The notes under the pieces were generated by a model, which saw only the letters and a program-made list of their open reading frames with translations, did no database searches and was not told the origin of the DNA. This document shows, in pieces, positions 26,393 through 39,498 of a stretch of DNA of 64,000 nt. Numbering within the stretch: the stretch's first letter is position 1; the number at the start of each line of letters is the position of its first letter. The stretch is from Hyphochytrium catenoides (Eukaryota > Protista > Hyphochytriomycota), in the NCBI GenBank assembly GCA_900088475.1, contig FLMG01004571.1, forward strand, positions 1 through 64,000, read 5' to 3'. The position numbers were made by a program, and so were the translations under genes.

Positions 26393-29300
26393 TTAGTATA
26401 CAGGGATATCCTTCAAGTTGTTGTCGCTGGCAAAAGGACAGAAGGCCCCGAGACATTCATACTGATCCATCTGGAGAATGACGGTGAGGTTGTTACTCAC
26501 CGCTGATATTGTGGCCTCGTTATCAATTGGAAGGTCAGACTCTGGCGTGAAGAGTGAAGAGCCAGAAAGAGAAACAGGGCCCTCTCTACCCCACAGACTG
26601 AAAAGCATAGCTGCACAGGTCCCCAAGACGATGAAGCGGAGGACCCACGAAAGAACGCGATCGAAGAGAGAGTGAATCTCCCTCTCCTTCGTCTGTTCTT
26701 GCTCAATCATCTCTTTACGGTAGGCTTTCCTTACTTTACCCTTGATCTGATCGCTTACTTCGTCTCTTTGTTTGGACTGAGCAAAAAGCTCCGGAGGGTA
26801 GTCAGGATATCGTCTGACGGCTGCCGCAGCATCAACGCTTCCTCTTCTGCCCTGAAATGCGCTAAACGTCGCTGGAGAAGTCTCGGAATAGGTAGGAGGA
26901 GGAGGAAGGGCGGACGTGGACGCTGAAGGAGTTGCCATAGGAAGGTTTTCCTGCGATCTGTCCTCTCCCTCACGCTCAATATGAGCGGTGATAGAGTTAC
27001 CATTGAGCTGCGGTGTGGCGAACCTATGCGGTTCTTCCGCTCCTCTCTGTAAATCAGCGAGAGGAGTATCTAAGCGCAAGGATCCTAGGGAATTAGCGAG
27101 AGAAGTGACAGGAGTCTCTGGGACGACACCCGAAGAAAGATTGGACGGAGTAGTCTGATCATCCCTCCTGCCATCAAAATGCTCCATTCGTACAGGAGTG
27201 GACTGTTGCGCCATGATAGCGGAATCCGCAAAGTGAGCGGAGTGGGAACGTGGACTTCCAGTCGGTTTTGCTGCGTCAGCTTCCCTCTCCCCAAGGAATG
27301 GGCCTCCAAGAGCAGGAGAGGGTAGGGATGTAACTGCAGGGGAGCTCACAGCGACATCCTTTGCTGACAGCTCGTTATATTTCGCTCGAAAGCAGTAGAC
27401 AATGAGATCCTCCTTCCCTTCATAGTTCTTCAAAAACGTATCAACCTGAGATAGGAGGCTTCTGTCATGCTTCTCGAAAAGCTCCACCAATTGCTGTCGG
27501 TACCCTTCTACTCGGGGAGAAGGGGAAGGAGGAAGAGATGTAGGAAACACGCCATTAGACGCAGTAGTTAACGTGTTATCTGCACCACCAGCAGGTTGAG
27601 GCGAAGGGTTGCGAGTCTGCTTGTCCGGAGGCCCTCCGACTGATCGTGTAGAATTTGAAGGTTGAGAAAAGGTGCGAGGGAGAGAGGACAGAGCTTGTCT
27701 TCCTTCATCCTTTAGCCCAGGACCATCTTCCCCAGAGTCCGAAGGTTGCTGCTTAGGTGTGGTCATGACAGGGAGATACGTCTTCAATGTTGGGGAGAGC
27801 ATATTGGAATGCCTCTGCGGATATGCATAATGTAGGAGAAGGAAGAGCAAGTTAGAGAGAATACATGGACGAGCCCGGTAAAGACGTAGCAGGCCAGTGA
27901 GACCTCAACAGGAGATCAGGAAGAGATGTCGACAAACAGTATTGATCTTGGAGAAGAACGACTAAGCCTTGTATGATTTTATCAAAGGAAGCCCCGAGAG
28001 AAGGCTGGGAAGAAATGAGAGAGCGGAAGAGGAGTAAGTAACGGCCTACCTGCTGAAGAAGACTCGTCTTCCTATCAGTGGCAGCGCGATTCGCTTTCAA
28101 GGAGACAATTTCCTTTTCTGAAGGTGTAGAGGGAAGCTTAGTGGCAGGAAGAGACAATCTCCTTCCGGCTTTCGGTGCTGGCACGCGAGAGTTGCTTTGA
28201 GCTCCAAGGTCCTCCTTCTTAGCTTTCCACTCCAGAAGTTTTGACAGACGAGGTTGTAGCTGAAGTGGTGCGGGTTCTTCTGCTATATCATCAATTGCTT
28301 CCTCACCTACTGCCACTACCTCTTCAGCTTCAAGATCCAGCTTCTCCTCCTTAGAAACTGGTTTATCAGTCTCTTGCGCACTCTTCATCGCCGAGCTTTC
28401 TTCCTTTAAAAGGCTTAGAGTACTTCGCCGCGCGGCTGAGAGCGGAACTGATATCTCGATCTATTGTAAAACAGAATTAAGCAAGCCAAGACAAAGCGTG
28501 CATTTGAGCAAGGTTACCTCTTCCAGAGGGGACATCATCCCTCCTTGCTTACTCCTGAACTCTGCCTTTCTTTCGCCTAGTGATGCTCGCTTCGCCTTAA
28601 TCTTCGTTGGGTCCACGTACTTCGACTGATAGAGTGACACCAAAAGAGAGTCTGGGTGTTCTCTTTGAAGGTTGGGCCAGACGGCCTTGTCCACTACCTT
28701 GGCCACCTCCTCCATTTGTTCCGGCCTGCCGATAGGTAAGGACAGCGTAAGGTTATGGAGAACAAGGGGATAAGAGAGAGCCATGGAGAAAAGGAGATAA
28801 GAGAGAGCCAACACACAGTCCTTGCAGTGGAAAGCCTACTGAACAACCAGGGCGAGTTATCTAAGGTACAATCGAAGAGAGCCCTACCATTTCTCGGTGT
28901 AAAGGACCAAAGCGGCCCTTGCGAATTTTCTTGCCTCTTCCGCTGCGTCATTGGTTGCTTTCTGCAGAGTGCGGAATAGACTCTCCACTTTGTGGGTGGG
29001 AAAGGAATCCTTGGACCAGCATCGTAGGATGATTGTCAAATACTCGACGCATCGAGTCCGATAAACGGCTGATGAAAACGGCAGTTAGTGTCACCACAGC
29101 TACGTTAGCGAACGCAAAAGGACAGAACCAAGGGACGAGGACAGCAAGACTCAACAGCTGGGACAGTATAGCACTTGGTAAGTGATCACTCTCCCTTTAC
29201 CTGACTTATTGTTCTGAGCTCCTTCGAAGAGGACAAAGAGGTTGCTGATCTTGGAATGCTCTAAGATGCACTTAATGCACTCATCGCAGGACTGAGACAT

Positions 29301-30537
29301 AACCTAGGAAGAGACGGTTAAGAGCTCACAGAGGCCACATCTCTATTAGCAAATACCCGTCCTCATTCAAGTCTAACGATACCTTGATTGTCACTACGGT
29401 ATGGGTAAGTAGATGGGGAAAGATGACATCCGCCATTAGCGCGAAGTCCGGCCCCATATAACGAGCTAGAGCCATTATTGTGCTGCAAGTCTCCTTCACC
29501 ACCTGAGAGCGAAGCTCGGAGAGCTGTACGACCAAGTTGCTCTGTACAATCAGCAGAGGGAGAGGTCATAATGATTGAATGGTTAGCCGCAAGTCAGGAT
29601 GGAGGAGCGGATGACACCAAGTAAACAGCGTTTGTTTCAGCACTGATTGCTGACACCTTACCGCAAGCTCCCCAAGCACATCGGAGAGATACTTTGACTT
29701 AAGCATGTCCTTCGGTATGGCCTTAGAGGGATCTGTATCGTCCAACATTGAGCGCAAGGCTTCCATTGCATCAGTGCGCTGCTTCCAGAGATTATCCTTT
29801 GTACTCAGTTCCTTCGTGCAATCCTGGACCTGTGAAGAAGCTCAGTCAGGCTGAAGGACCTCAGTAGATCCGAAGTGCCAGAGGTAACGTATATTGAGGG
29901 TTGGGATCCTCCAGATGCACCAAGATTAAGGGAATATTGGACAAAGAGCAATCGGTACGGTGGCTCGACGCACGATAGAGAAGAACGCGGGGTTTCTAAC
30001 AGCCGCTGAAGCGCGAGAACACGGCTACGCTTACGCACCCTCTTGCGCCACATTCTCCTGGTTTCCTCTGGCTTTAACGTAGCGATCTTAGGGCTTGGAG
30101 TTGCAATAGGAATCTGACTACGGCTAGCCCGAGTTCGAAGCTTCACTTCCGTGTCGGTGAGCTCAGGAGTCTCAGGTTGTACAATTTTCTGGGAGAAAGA
30201 GCGCGCGAGCGGAGGAGATGCCCCATCTTTGCCAGAGAGAGGGCTGCTTTGTGGCTCTGGTGCCTCCAAGTTCGCCTGAGGACAACGATAAGGCAGAAGA
30301 ATTATTAGGTGCTGCTTGCAAGAGAGAAGAAAGTAGAAACCGGAAGGTAGATCAGATAACTGATACGCAGTCATACAAAGGTAAACCAACCCGCGAGACT
30401 AGCGGGAGTTCTTAGAAGATCTACACTCAAGAGAGATCGACACGATGCCTCCCTCGTACCGGCTCTAGGCCAAGCTTCGGCCTCGCAGATGGCCCATGAG
30501 CATCCGAGAGATGTTCATTTTGATTATCGTCGAGCTG
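26393..30537 (-). CDS. CLASP_N (TOG/HEAT)-domain protein with long disordered region and C-terminal TM; 5' end uncertain
   Basis: NLWKQRTDAMEALRSML, QLSELRSQVVKETCSTIMALARYMG and VMSQSCDECIKCIL; a phase-0 join links it to the large 26393-27782 exon containing WVLRFIVLGTCAAMLFSLWG. Confidence 0.72.
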
Positions 30538-30797
30538 CAAAGAGCTCATAGTTGAGGGCTTGTGGCTGCAGGAGCGCAGCACCTAATGTTGCTAGGAAGA
30601 CAATACCTCTTCCCGTTGGAGGTTCCTAGCCAACACCAGCCGCTTTAACAGCAGCGAAGGTATTGTGCGCCGACTCCTCGATCAATCTCTGTCAAGATTG
30701 TCGGATCAGATGGAGCTCCACAAATGCGTTTGGCGGTCTGCCGGCCAATCCCTATGCACGACTTTGAACACAAGCGGATAGAGAGGGGAAGAGAGGG

Positions 30798-30799
<2 letters not shown>

Positions 30800-30851
<52 letters not shown>
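30800..30851. repeat. (AG)n microsatellite in a divergent promoter interval
   Basis: Perfect ga run. Confidence 0.95.
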
Positions 30852-30854
<3 letters not shown>

Positions 30855-31346
30855 AAAAGAGGAAAAGAGGAAAGAGAGAGAGACGGCCTAGCACAACTCT
30901 AGGGAAAATGAGGAAAGAGCGTTTGAAAAATCAAATGCTCGCCATCTCCTGGCGCAAGCGACCAAAACAAGGGCTTTCCCTAACAAAAAAACAGTAGTTT
31001 GGCGGCGAATCTTTGGTGCCTCAAACCTCTACTATTATCTATGGAAAAGGAAGGGACGCCGAATCCAACGGCATACTGAATAGCAATAATCAGTTCAATG
31101 ATAATCATTGGAATTACTATTTTCGGAACTTCAAATTCGGTGTTGAAGAGGAATAGGGAGACAATTCTGGAGATCCAATAAAATTCAAGAAGGATCTGTA
31201 GTTCAGAAAGCAGTCGGCTGTCGAAGCCGAAGCCGAAGCGGAGATAAGTGACCATTAACCTTCTCGCCTATAGAAGCCGATAGTGGCACGGAGTAGCTGC
31301 CCCTGTTTCCTTAGACTTGTGAATCAAGCTTTTTGTCCTGCTTTCA

Positions 31347-32144
31347 ATGGTGGATGACGATCAGGGTGGAAGTCTTGGAATTGGCGGGTTGGAACTTCTA
31401 CAGAATGAGTACCAGGAGCTCGTAAACCAGACGCTACATCTGGTAAGCTTCAGCAAACGGCCACGTAGCCCTATGTAAAGCATTTATTGAAAACTCGCAT
31501 GCACTACGCTGCCGGGTTGCTACTACGAATTAAGTGTTTGCTTGACCTTATGCAAATGCTGCTCCTATCGAAGGAACGATCGAATGTCGAGCTCATGCAA
31601 GCGCTGAAAGAGAATCCTAACGACGAAGACTTCTTGCTCGCTATATATGAGAATCGCGAAGTGATAATAAAGAAAAACGATAAGATAAAGGTACAAGCCT
31701 TCTGTCGCCTGCCGAGCCATCACCAGGAACATCCCTGGCCCGCTTGCCCAGCCGCTTTATTCCTCAGCATCGATCATTCCTCGGTATTAAACGTGTGCTT
31801 TGTACACTGCAGGAACTTCAGAAGCAGCTGGAGGAGCTGACAGGATCCAGCCATGGCATCTCATACACCTTGAGAGAGGAGCCTTCTTCGCATACTAGAC
31901 CCGATACCGATTTACGGAACAATGTTGACTTCGCCTGTACAATGACAAACACCTTCCGCGGTAGGTTAACACCGCCCAGGGCCTCATCATCCTGACTTGC
32001 ACTTCACATCGCTGTTTGCCTTTCTCTATCTCACCACACACTCTCGCTCCATATGTAGAGTTTTCAACGCGATATGCACCCGTCGAGATTAGCGCTAGTG
32101 ACCGAGAGGAGGGGAAGGAAGGTGACGAAGGCCTGCATCTTTGA
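31347..32144 (+). CDS. Adc17/Tma17-like small coiled-coil protein, 4 exons
   Basis: NQTLHL|ERSNVEL...DEDFLLAIYENREVIIKKNDKIK|ELQKQL...EGDEGLHL* matches the HLxRSNxxL / A(I/V)xENxxV(I/L) / C-terminal hydrophobic pattern of yeast Tma17/Adc17. Confidence 0.68.
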
Positions 32145-32428
32145 GCACTTGTTTTCTTGCAAATGCTTGTACCATAGCCATCTGCGTCTTCACTTGATTA
32201 GGACAGTCGTCAGGTTACGATTCGATATATGTACTACATTTTTCCTCTGGACGGTCCCGCGGTGGTTCTCCTTTCCAATGCACGCTTAAAGAAAGTGACA
32301 GTCGGTCTGTCGGGTAGATATCTTCATATTGGAGGGCACGTTAAGGTTTAATCTTGGGCGGTCCGGGTCATAGAAACTATCCCAACGGGATCCCTGTTTA
32401 CAGGGCACACATCGTCGTGTCCTCTGGG

Positions 32429-35359
32429 TTATTGTCCTTCAGCTTCTTCTTGTTCGTCGTGGCCTTCTTCGTCTTTCATGAATTCGTCTAGAGGGGGAAA
32501 GCTCAATCCTAAACTCTGCGCAAGGCCGGCAAGCCTCTCGGCTATCACTTCTGCCTCTCCCTCCCCAGTCTCAATCTTGCTATGCTTCTCCCTGGNNNNN
32601 NNNNNNNNNNNNNNNNNNNNNNNNNNNNNNNNNNNNNNNNNNNNNNNNNNNNNNNTAGGATTGTTGCAAATGGCACATTGAGGGTAGTTGTCTAACAGCT
32701 CGAGCAGATGTTCGTTGAAAGCTGTCAGAGCTTCCAACAGCCTGACTTGCTCATGCTCCTAAGATAGACTGGTTAGCTACCGCTATGAAGAGGGTTGGCG
32801 GAGTGAAGGAGACAGCAGGAGAATGGGCATAGCGCGCAAAATGAAAATGAATTTAGCAAAAAACCACCCCTGACCTTGCGGTGATCCTTCGCCCTCTCCA
32901 GAGCAATGCGCTCTCTCTCAACCGCTGCATTGAGGCGCTCAATCTCTTGCCTCGAGGGCCCGTCGTATGGCTTGGTAGCCACCACAGTGAACTCCCTCCC
33001 GCAGGCAACTGCCAATTTTAGAATAGAGAGCTAAACAGGAAAGTAGGGCCTGTTGATGATAAATGAAGCTGAAGGTACCTGACGCTGCCTTTCCCACTCC
33101 AAACGTGTCTATAAGACCCTCGACAGGTCCAGGAACCGCACAGAAAGGCTCCTCCTGGTCGCCTAGTTCCGAAGGGCGACCCAAACAGCCATTCACGTTA
33201 CTTCCCCACGTATAAACCTGCACCAGAACACGATAAGAGTGACGCAAGGCTAACCTTATTAACTCTGTTCCTCTCTTCTTTGCTTTTCATTGCTAGTCTT
33301 CCAGGGACAGACGACAACGCGAAGTTCCAACTACAGATCACTCACCTCATCTTTTAGCGTCAGGGCTGCGTTGTGGTACATGCCAACTGCCACATACTTG
33401 ACGAGCACATGAGTATCTACTAGATCTTGGACGAGACCAGGGGTGAGGGACACTTGTACCCCACCTTGGCCCAACTAGAATAAAAGTGTGCCGCGGAGTC
33501 CCGAAGCATTGGCATCAAAAGAGAAGAAGGGCGTTACGTATGTGCGAAATATTAGAGGAGGCCGATATCAGAATCATCATGAAGCAAGAGATACTCCCTG
33601 CTGAGAGGGAGTGATGGTACGATTGCTGTGACTCTTGAAGTAAGTTGGGTCTCGTTACCTGGCCAGATCTTCCTGAGATGTCATCAGTTTCACGGTCGCC
33701 ATAAGTTCAAGAGATAGGAAGCGAACAGCAAAGAGTCCAGCTGGTCAATTGAATGACCGGAAGAAACTGCAGCATGACGATCCAAGGAGGTACCTGTGCC
33801 CCAGGTGTACACCCATCCTGCCTTCGTCATGGGAGGTACTAAGACTATGGCAGTCGAATGCCAAACAGAACAAGCCACTTGAATAACTACTTCTCCTACG
33901 TTGAACAGGGCGGTCAGAAAAGAAGTATCTTCCGAGAGAATAGAAAGAATAACAACTAGATAGCGCAGGGAAAAGGCAAAGCTAATGAGAAGAAAGAAAG
34001 AGAGAAATTGACAGACAGAAAGAGAGAGCGGGGGCCCACTTCAAGTGAGTAGGACTATAAGCAAGAAGGAAGCCCTAACTTCGAGAACTATTCCCTTGCC
34101 TTTGAGCTTTTCTACTTGGCGAGGTGCGTTAACTGACTTGGAGTCTCCGTGGCCAAGTCTCCTAAGTTTGGTTTCATAGTGAGTCCTTTACGGTTCTCCC
34201 GGTAGCTGCTTCTTTAGCATGCTTCCTCTTAACTTTGCTAAGCCCTTCTTTGTCTCTCTCTTTCTGGTCACTACTCTTGCAGATGCTCCTTACCCTCCAT
34301 CTCCAGAACCCCAGGTCCATATCTCACTCTGGTCGGTCAACAGAGCGCAGTGGGTAGCACCACAGGACACCTACAAACACGGAGGAAATACAGACGGTCC
34401 ACAGAATTGCGATGCCGAGAGTCAGAAAGGCAGCGTAACTCCAGGCAAATGACCAAGCGGGCTTTGTACTTCATTGCGCTACTCGCGTCACAAGACCCAG
34501 ACAAGGAAGGCAGGAAGCAATAAGAGACCTCTAAACAAAGAAGGGGAACAGGAAAAAGCGGTATGGGACGTACCTGCTTAACAATCTTGCTCTTGAAGTA
34601 GCTCGTCAGGTCCAGCTGAGAAGCGCTGCCACCCGTGTTACCCCACACGAACAGCTGATCTACAGGGTAGAGATAGTAAGCTTGCCAAAGACCGATCCCC
34701 ATTTAGTAACATAAATTGGGCATCTTGCGGAAGTAACGATCTACGTCGGGATGAGGCCGTAGTAGGCTATCGTGTTTCGTCACTTAGGGATAACAAGGCC
34801 AAAATGGTTACTACTAGCCAGGAAGATAAGCCTGGTTTACCTACCGTCGTCAGTGAGAACGAATGATTGAGAAGTACCAACAGCACACGCGACAGCGGCA
34901 GAAGCTCTGGGAAGCGATTTTTCTAAAAGGCGTGGTTCCGGGCAGTCTCGTCCTCCTAACGCTTTCCTGTCTCCCGCCTCCTGTGAGTACGACGCATAAA
35001 TCCATAAACAGAGAAGGTCAAGGTTTTGCAGATAGATTGCGCCCTAAGAGAGCTAAGAGAGCATGAAAAGAATCATTGAGTACTTACTCCTCCTTCAGGA
35101 AGTGGTGGGACAGACTCTCTAATAAGAAGGTGAAATAGCTCATTGCCGAGCTGCTGGTGTGAGTTCTGTTGAAAGAAATGTAGGAGGAAGAGAATCCACG
35201 GTCAATTTGGATAATCAACGGGGCCTTCAAGGTTGTCCAACGGGGAAGACACGTCTCTCTTAACGAGACAAGACAAGAAAGTTGGAAATCAGAGTGCTAC
35301 GGACTTTGGACGTTTCAGGCGGTCGTCAATCGGCTTTAAGATCTCCTTATCCTTCTCAT

Positions 35360-35405
<46 letters not shown>

Positions 35406-37985
35406 ACTCTCTCTCTCTCACTCTCACTCGCTCTATTCTCTTTTTTTTCTCGTCCTTTTGAGACACAAGAATAGAGATCATAGTAGACACATCCTTTGGT
35501 AAAGGCTTACATGGCCCCACGAATAGACATCTCCTGCCCTCGTTATGGCCACACAATGATTCCGACCAACAGCAATGTCGCCTATCTCCTATCAAGGGTG
35601 AAGAAGAAGGGTGAAGAGCCAGCAGACCGTGACAGAGGTTAAGAGTTGCCCGGTGAGACAGATCGTGCGCCGAAACTTCCTAACAAACTCATCTCTCAGG
35701 GTAACGGTGCTGTCACTTCCACATTTTCTCTACCTATCTCTTACACTTCTACCTCCCCCTTCTATCCACTGCTGTACCTCGCAAACTCCCTTCTTTAGCT
35801 CCCTAATGGTCGTATGTCTCTTCAGTAAGCGTAACCCCTTCACTGAGGACCTCGTACCTCATCACATAGCCCGGGTACTTTGATGGGGTCCAAGATGTCA
35901 TCCCTGTCAGTAAGTGGAGGCGCTTTCTTCTCTTTGGCGCTCTTCGGTCTTCCAAAAACAGACAGGCGTGTACTCCTTGACGTACTGGTGGTGGGTCTAC
36001 CGCCCTCTGCACCATCGCCACCATTCTCCGCCTCGTCGAGCTCTTCCCCATCGTCTCCTCCTTCATCGCTCAGGTCTTGTTCATCTTGGTCCTCGTCTTC
36101 CTCGTCTTCTTCCTCCTCCTCACCTCCAGCACCTCCTTCCTCGCCATCGGGCACAGCTAGAAGAGCATTTTGCGGTTAAACTCGACAAGAGAAATTCAGG
36201 TCTATAAACGAAAGGGCCACCATAACCATGGACAGGAAAGGAACCCGAACAACCAGGGGTACGACGGCGTAAACTACCCAGGATCGTAGGGGCAACTTAA
36301 TAAGAAGTGCACAACAAAGAAGACATCTTTGATGGGAGAAGAAAAATAGAGGAGGGTAAAAGCTACTCCAAGCGAGAGAGGAGCCCGGGGAGGGCGAAAG
36401 GTTATTTTGGTAGGGAGGAGAAGACCATGGCCATCTCATAAAGAGAAGAAAACAACAAACAGAGGACAAGGATAGCCAGTTACCCAGTGCCGAGGGTGGA
36501 AGACCATGTGGCCCTGCCCCAAAGCCCCAGACATACACGTCTCCATACTTGGATATCGCAAAGGCAATGTCTGAGTCAAAGCCCTGCGAATAGGTCCACG
36601 GACTGAGATGTTGAGGAAGTGAAGAAGGACAAGGCGCAGGTCTCAAATGGTGGCTAAAGAAAAAAGGAGGCCCTTAGTTATCAAGAACTTACGAGCACCC
36701 GATATTCTGAGAACTGAGACAGGGGAGAGACACTTGAACGTTCTAATGGGAGATAGAGCCAACAGAGGGTGCACTGTCACAAAGGATAGCGCTGAACAAA
36801 CTTACTGCGCAGACTTTTTCAATCCCTTTGCCTCTAAGACCTTTGATTTGAGTTGCCTTGGCTACCGGATCCCTCGTCCCATGCCCTAGAGAGCCAAAGG
36901 AAAGAGAGGGAGATAACGATAGGAGAGTGTTACTTGGCTTCAATCTCTGGCAGCGATTCAGTTGGAAGCGGCGTATGCCCCTTATTGAAGACGCGTCTAG
37001 CACAATAGGTGATAACAAAGGGAAAAGCCAAATGTGGCGACTGTTTAGCGATCCCGATCCCCACCAAGCTGTCCTGACTGGCCAGTGCCAAAGGTCCAGA
37101 CCCCACCAAGAGAGTTGAGCTTTTCTTCATTCTCCGCTTCCAGTTCCTCATGCGCTTTCATTTCTGTGGAACAGTTCAGTGAGGCTTCACCAAGGCACCA
37201 CGAAAAGCTTCAAGATAGGAACCACAGACGCACGTGTGCCAGCTAACTCTAGGACAGATGCCAGAAAGTGAAAACCGGCCATACCTTTCTCATATTGCCA
37301 CGTCAAATCTGAGACAATGCGGTCAATCTGTCAATAAAAGTTAGAAGGTCAAGCTTTCGGACTCAAATCTGGCCGCCATCGTCCTTTTGGACGAAGGGAA
37401 CTAACCAGCAGATCTTTGCCAAATCCAATATCATCGAGACCTCGTCCCCTAAGAATCTCCTTAAGAGTGACCCTCGACAAAGGCTTGTAGAAAGCAGGAT
37501 TTAGGATCTGTGGAAGGAAAGTTGGTCGTTAGCGCTTCTCAAGCAATGCTTTGACTCACCATCAAGAGCAACATAAATGTGGAGGCGGGTGTTCTTTCTT
37601 CCACTGCTGGACTTAGAATCGAATCGATGCATGCTACGACCTTGTTACCCCTGACGAGCGCATAGCTGTCCGCGCCACCACCTCCTCCGTTTTCGAAGTA
37701 TGTTTATAGATTTACTCCCTCTCTCTCTCTTCTTTGCTCTACGTCTCTTGCCCACACTTTCTCCCGTAGCTCTTAGTTCCTGGCCTCTTTTGGATTCATC
37801 TTCGAGTCCCTTACTCTTTCCTTGACGACACCTACCGTGGGCCATAGATATTTGGGCAGGACAAGGTAGCACTTCTTAGGGGTGAGGAAGAGCACTTTGT
37901 TAACAAGTACTTGCTCCCTCGGTTGCAAGTTCTTAGTGAACGGAGTGGGTTTCAGACGGTGCTTTGGCCGCTGGAGAATACCCAT
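32429..37985 (-). CDS. SAP-domain + RCC1-repeat protein with acidic insert; many exons; C-terminus interrupted by an N gap
   Basis: LSRVTLKEILRGRGLDDIGFGKDLL|IDRI (SAP-like); RCC1 blades VWTFGTGQSGQL|GHG, VYVWGFG, VYTWGTG, VYTWGSNVNGCLGR and VACGREFTVV. Confidence 0.85.
32596..32655. other. Assembly gap (60 N)
   Basis: N run. Confidence 1.
35365..35428. repeat. Intronic (CT)n microsatellite
   Basis: ct run. Confidence 0.95.
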
Positions 37986-39498
37986 CTTGACAAGAAAGAT
38001 AAGGAGGTAGTAGAAGAAGCAGGAGCTAAGAAGGGTAGTGCTTGGAAGAACCTCAGAGGAGCATGACCGACACCTGCTGCAGAAGGTGATTGGAAGGCAG
38101 ATGACCGTCGATGACATTCATTGGTCTGCCGCAAGTACTTTCTGCAAGATCAACAACTGAGTGACCGTAGACAAGGGCTCCTAGCTCCGTCGTCACATCA
38201 GCAATATTTGTTCTATCAAGGTAGTGCTCCTACTGTCACCATCCTGGTGTCATTATCGCTGCCGCTGTTCTCAAGCAAGAAGCGTTGCTCTAGCAGCCAT
38301 CTTATGCCTCCTCCGTCCGCCTGTTGAAGCTTGGCAGCAGCGGCTAGCAGCTCAAGGGGAGACAGTGGCTGAACTTATAAGACTCGTCTTCTCCTTCCAG
38401 GCAGTAGTTCTCCAGAAATACTACGGACAACCTTGATTGGGTCTAGTACTCTGAGGAGCCCTAGCAGCAGCAGATGTTGAGAGCATTGAGTCAAGCGAGA
38501 AGAGAAGGGGCAAAGAGCGGAGGGCATGGTAGCAGCAAGGCCTAACGCAGGCTGACTGACGAGCAGTGGTGAAGGTCGGGAGAGAACAAGCAGATGGGCG
38601 AAGGCTGAAACGACACCGACGAAGTATTATACAGAATAACACATCCTTTGTGCCTTTTATACTCGATAGATGCCAAGTCAAAACGTTGTATTGTGATAGG
38701 TCATACCTTGGCCGTTATTTCCCCTTTATGGACATCCGAAGCAGCGGACCACCAGCAGCCAGATGATGTCCTTCTATGTGCCCTTGCCTGCTAGAGGAGG
38801 AGCTGTAAGAGGTCATCTCTCCTCTTCTCATCCCGTGGTTGACCAGTTGGCGCTGCTGCAGGTGATAGCACGAGTTACTTGGAGGCAGGGACAAACACGT
38901 GCACTACAAAGCCAAGTTCCTGTTAAAGTTTAATCAGGGTATTGGAAATTATCAGGGTGGAGGACACGTGACTAGGGGAAGCAAACTATCCATCGTCACC
39001 CAGCTCGCCTTCCTGCCTCTTTATGACAACAAGGCTTTGATGATGGAGAGGTTCGACTGCCAGCTAGTGTCAGAGGTTATCGTAGCCGCTCCTACAGCAG
39101 ATGGAGGGATTGAGTGTGAAGAGGTTACTATGATATAACGCTAGCGCAGGAAGGAGGTGGAAGTTTGGGCGGTAGAATATCACTTGAGATTCATCATTGG
39201 GAACGCTTATCAGCGAGTATCTATAGCTAACCTATAAAGGGCTGAAGGACATCCACCTACGACTCCGTCTTCTCTGACCCCGCAGGGACATGGTGCGGAG
39301 AAAACTTAATGGGCCGAGAGATGGGTGGAGCGTTTGGACTGTCTGAATAGATTGATAAGTTACTATACACATGCCGCCTGTTGACAAGGCACTGAAGAAC
39401 GGACAAGAGGAAAGGAAGACGTAGGCTCTAGCTTTGTAGAGGTCCCCCAAGGACCATCATGCTAATTAACCGTCGAGGGTTAGTGGACTCTGTTGGCT

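Noticed and set aside
38100-39450. Short ORFs between the RCC1 gene and cassette gene A
   Set aside because: No recognisable product or exon structure
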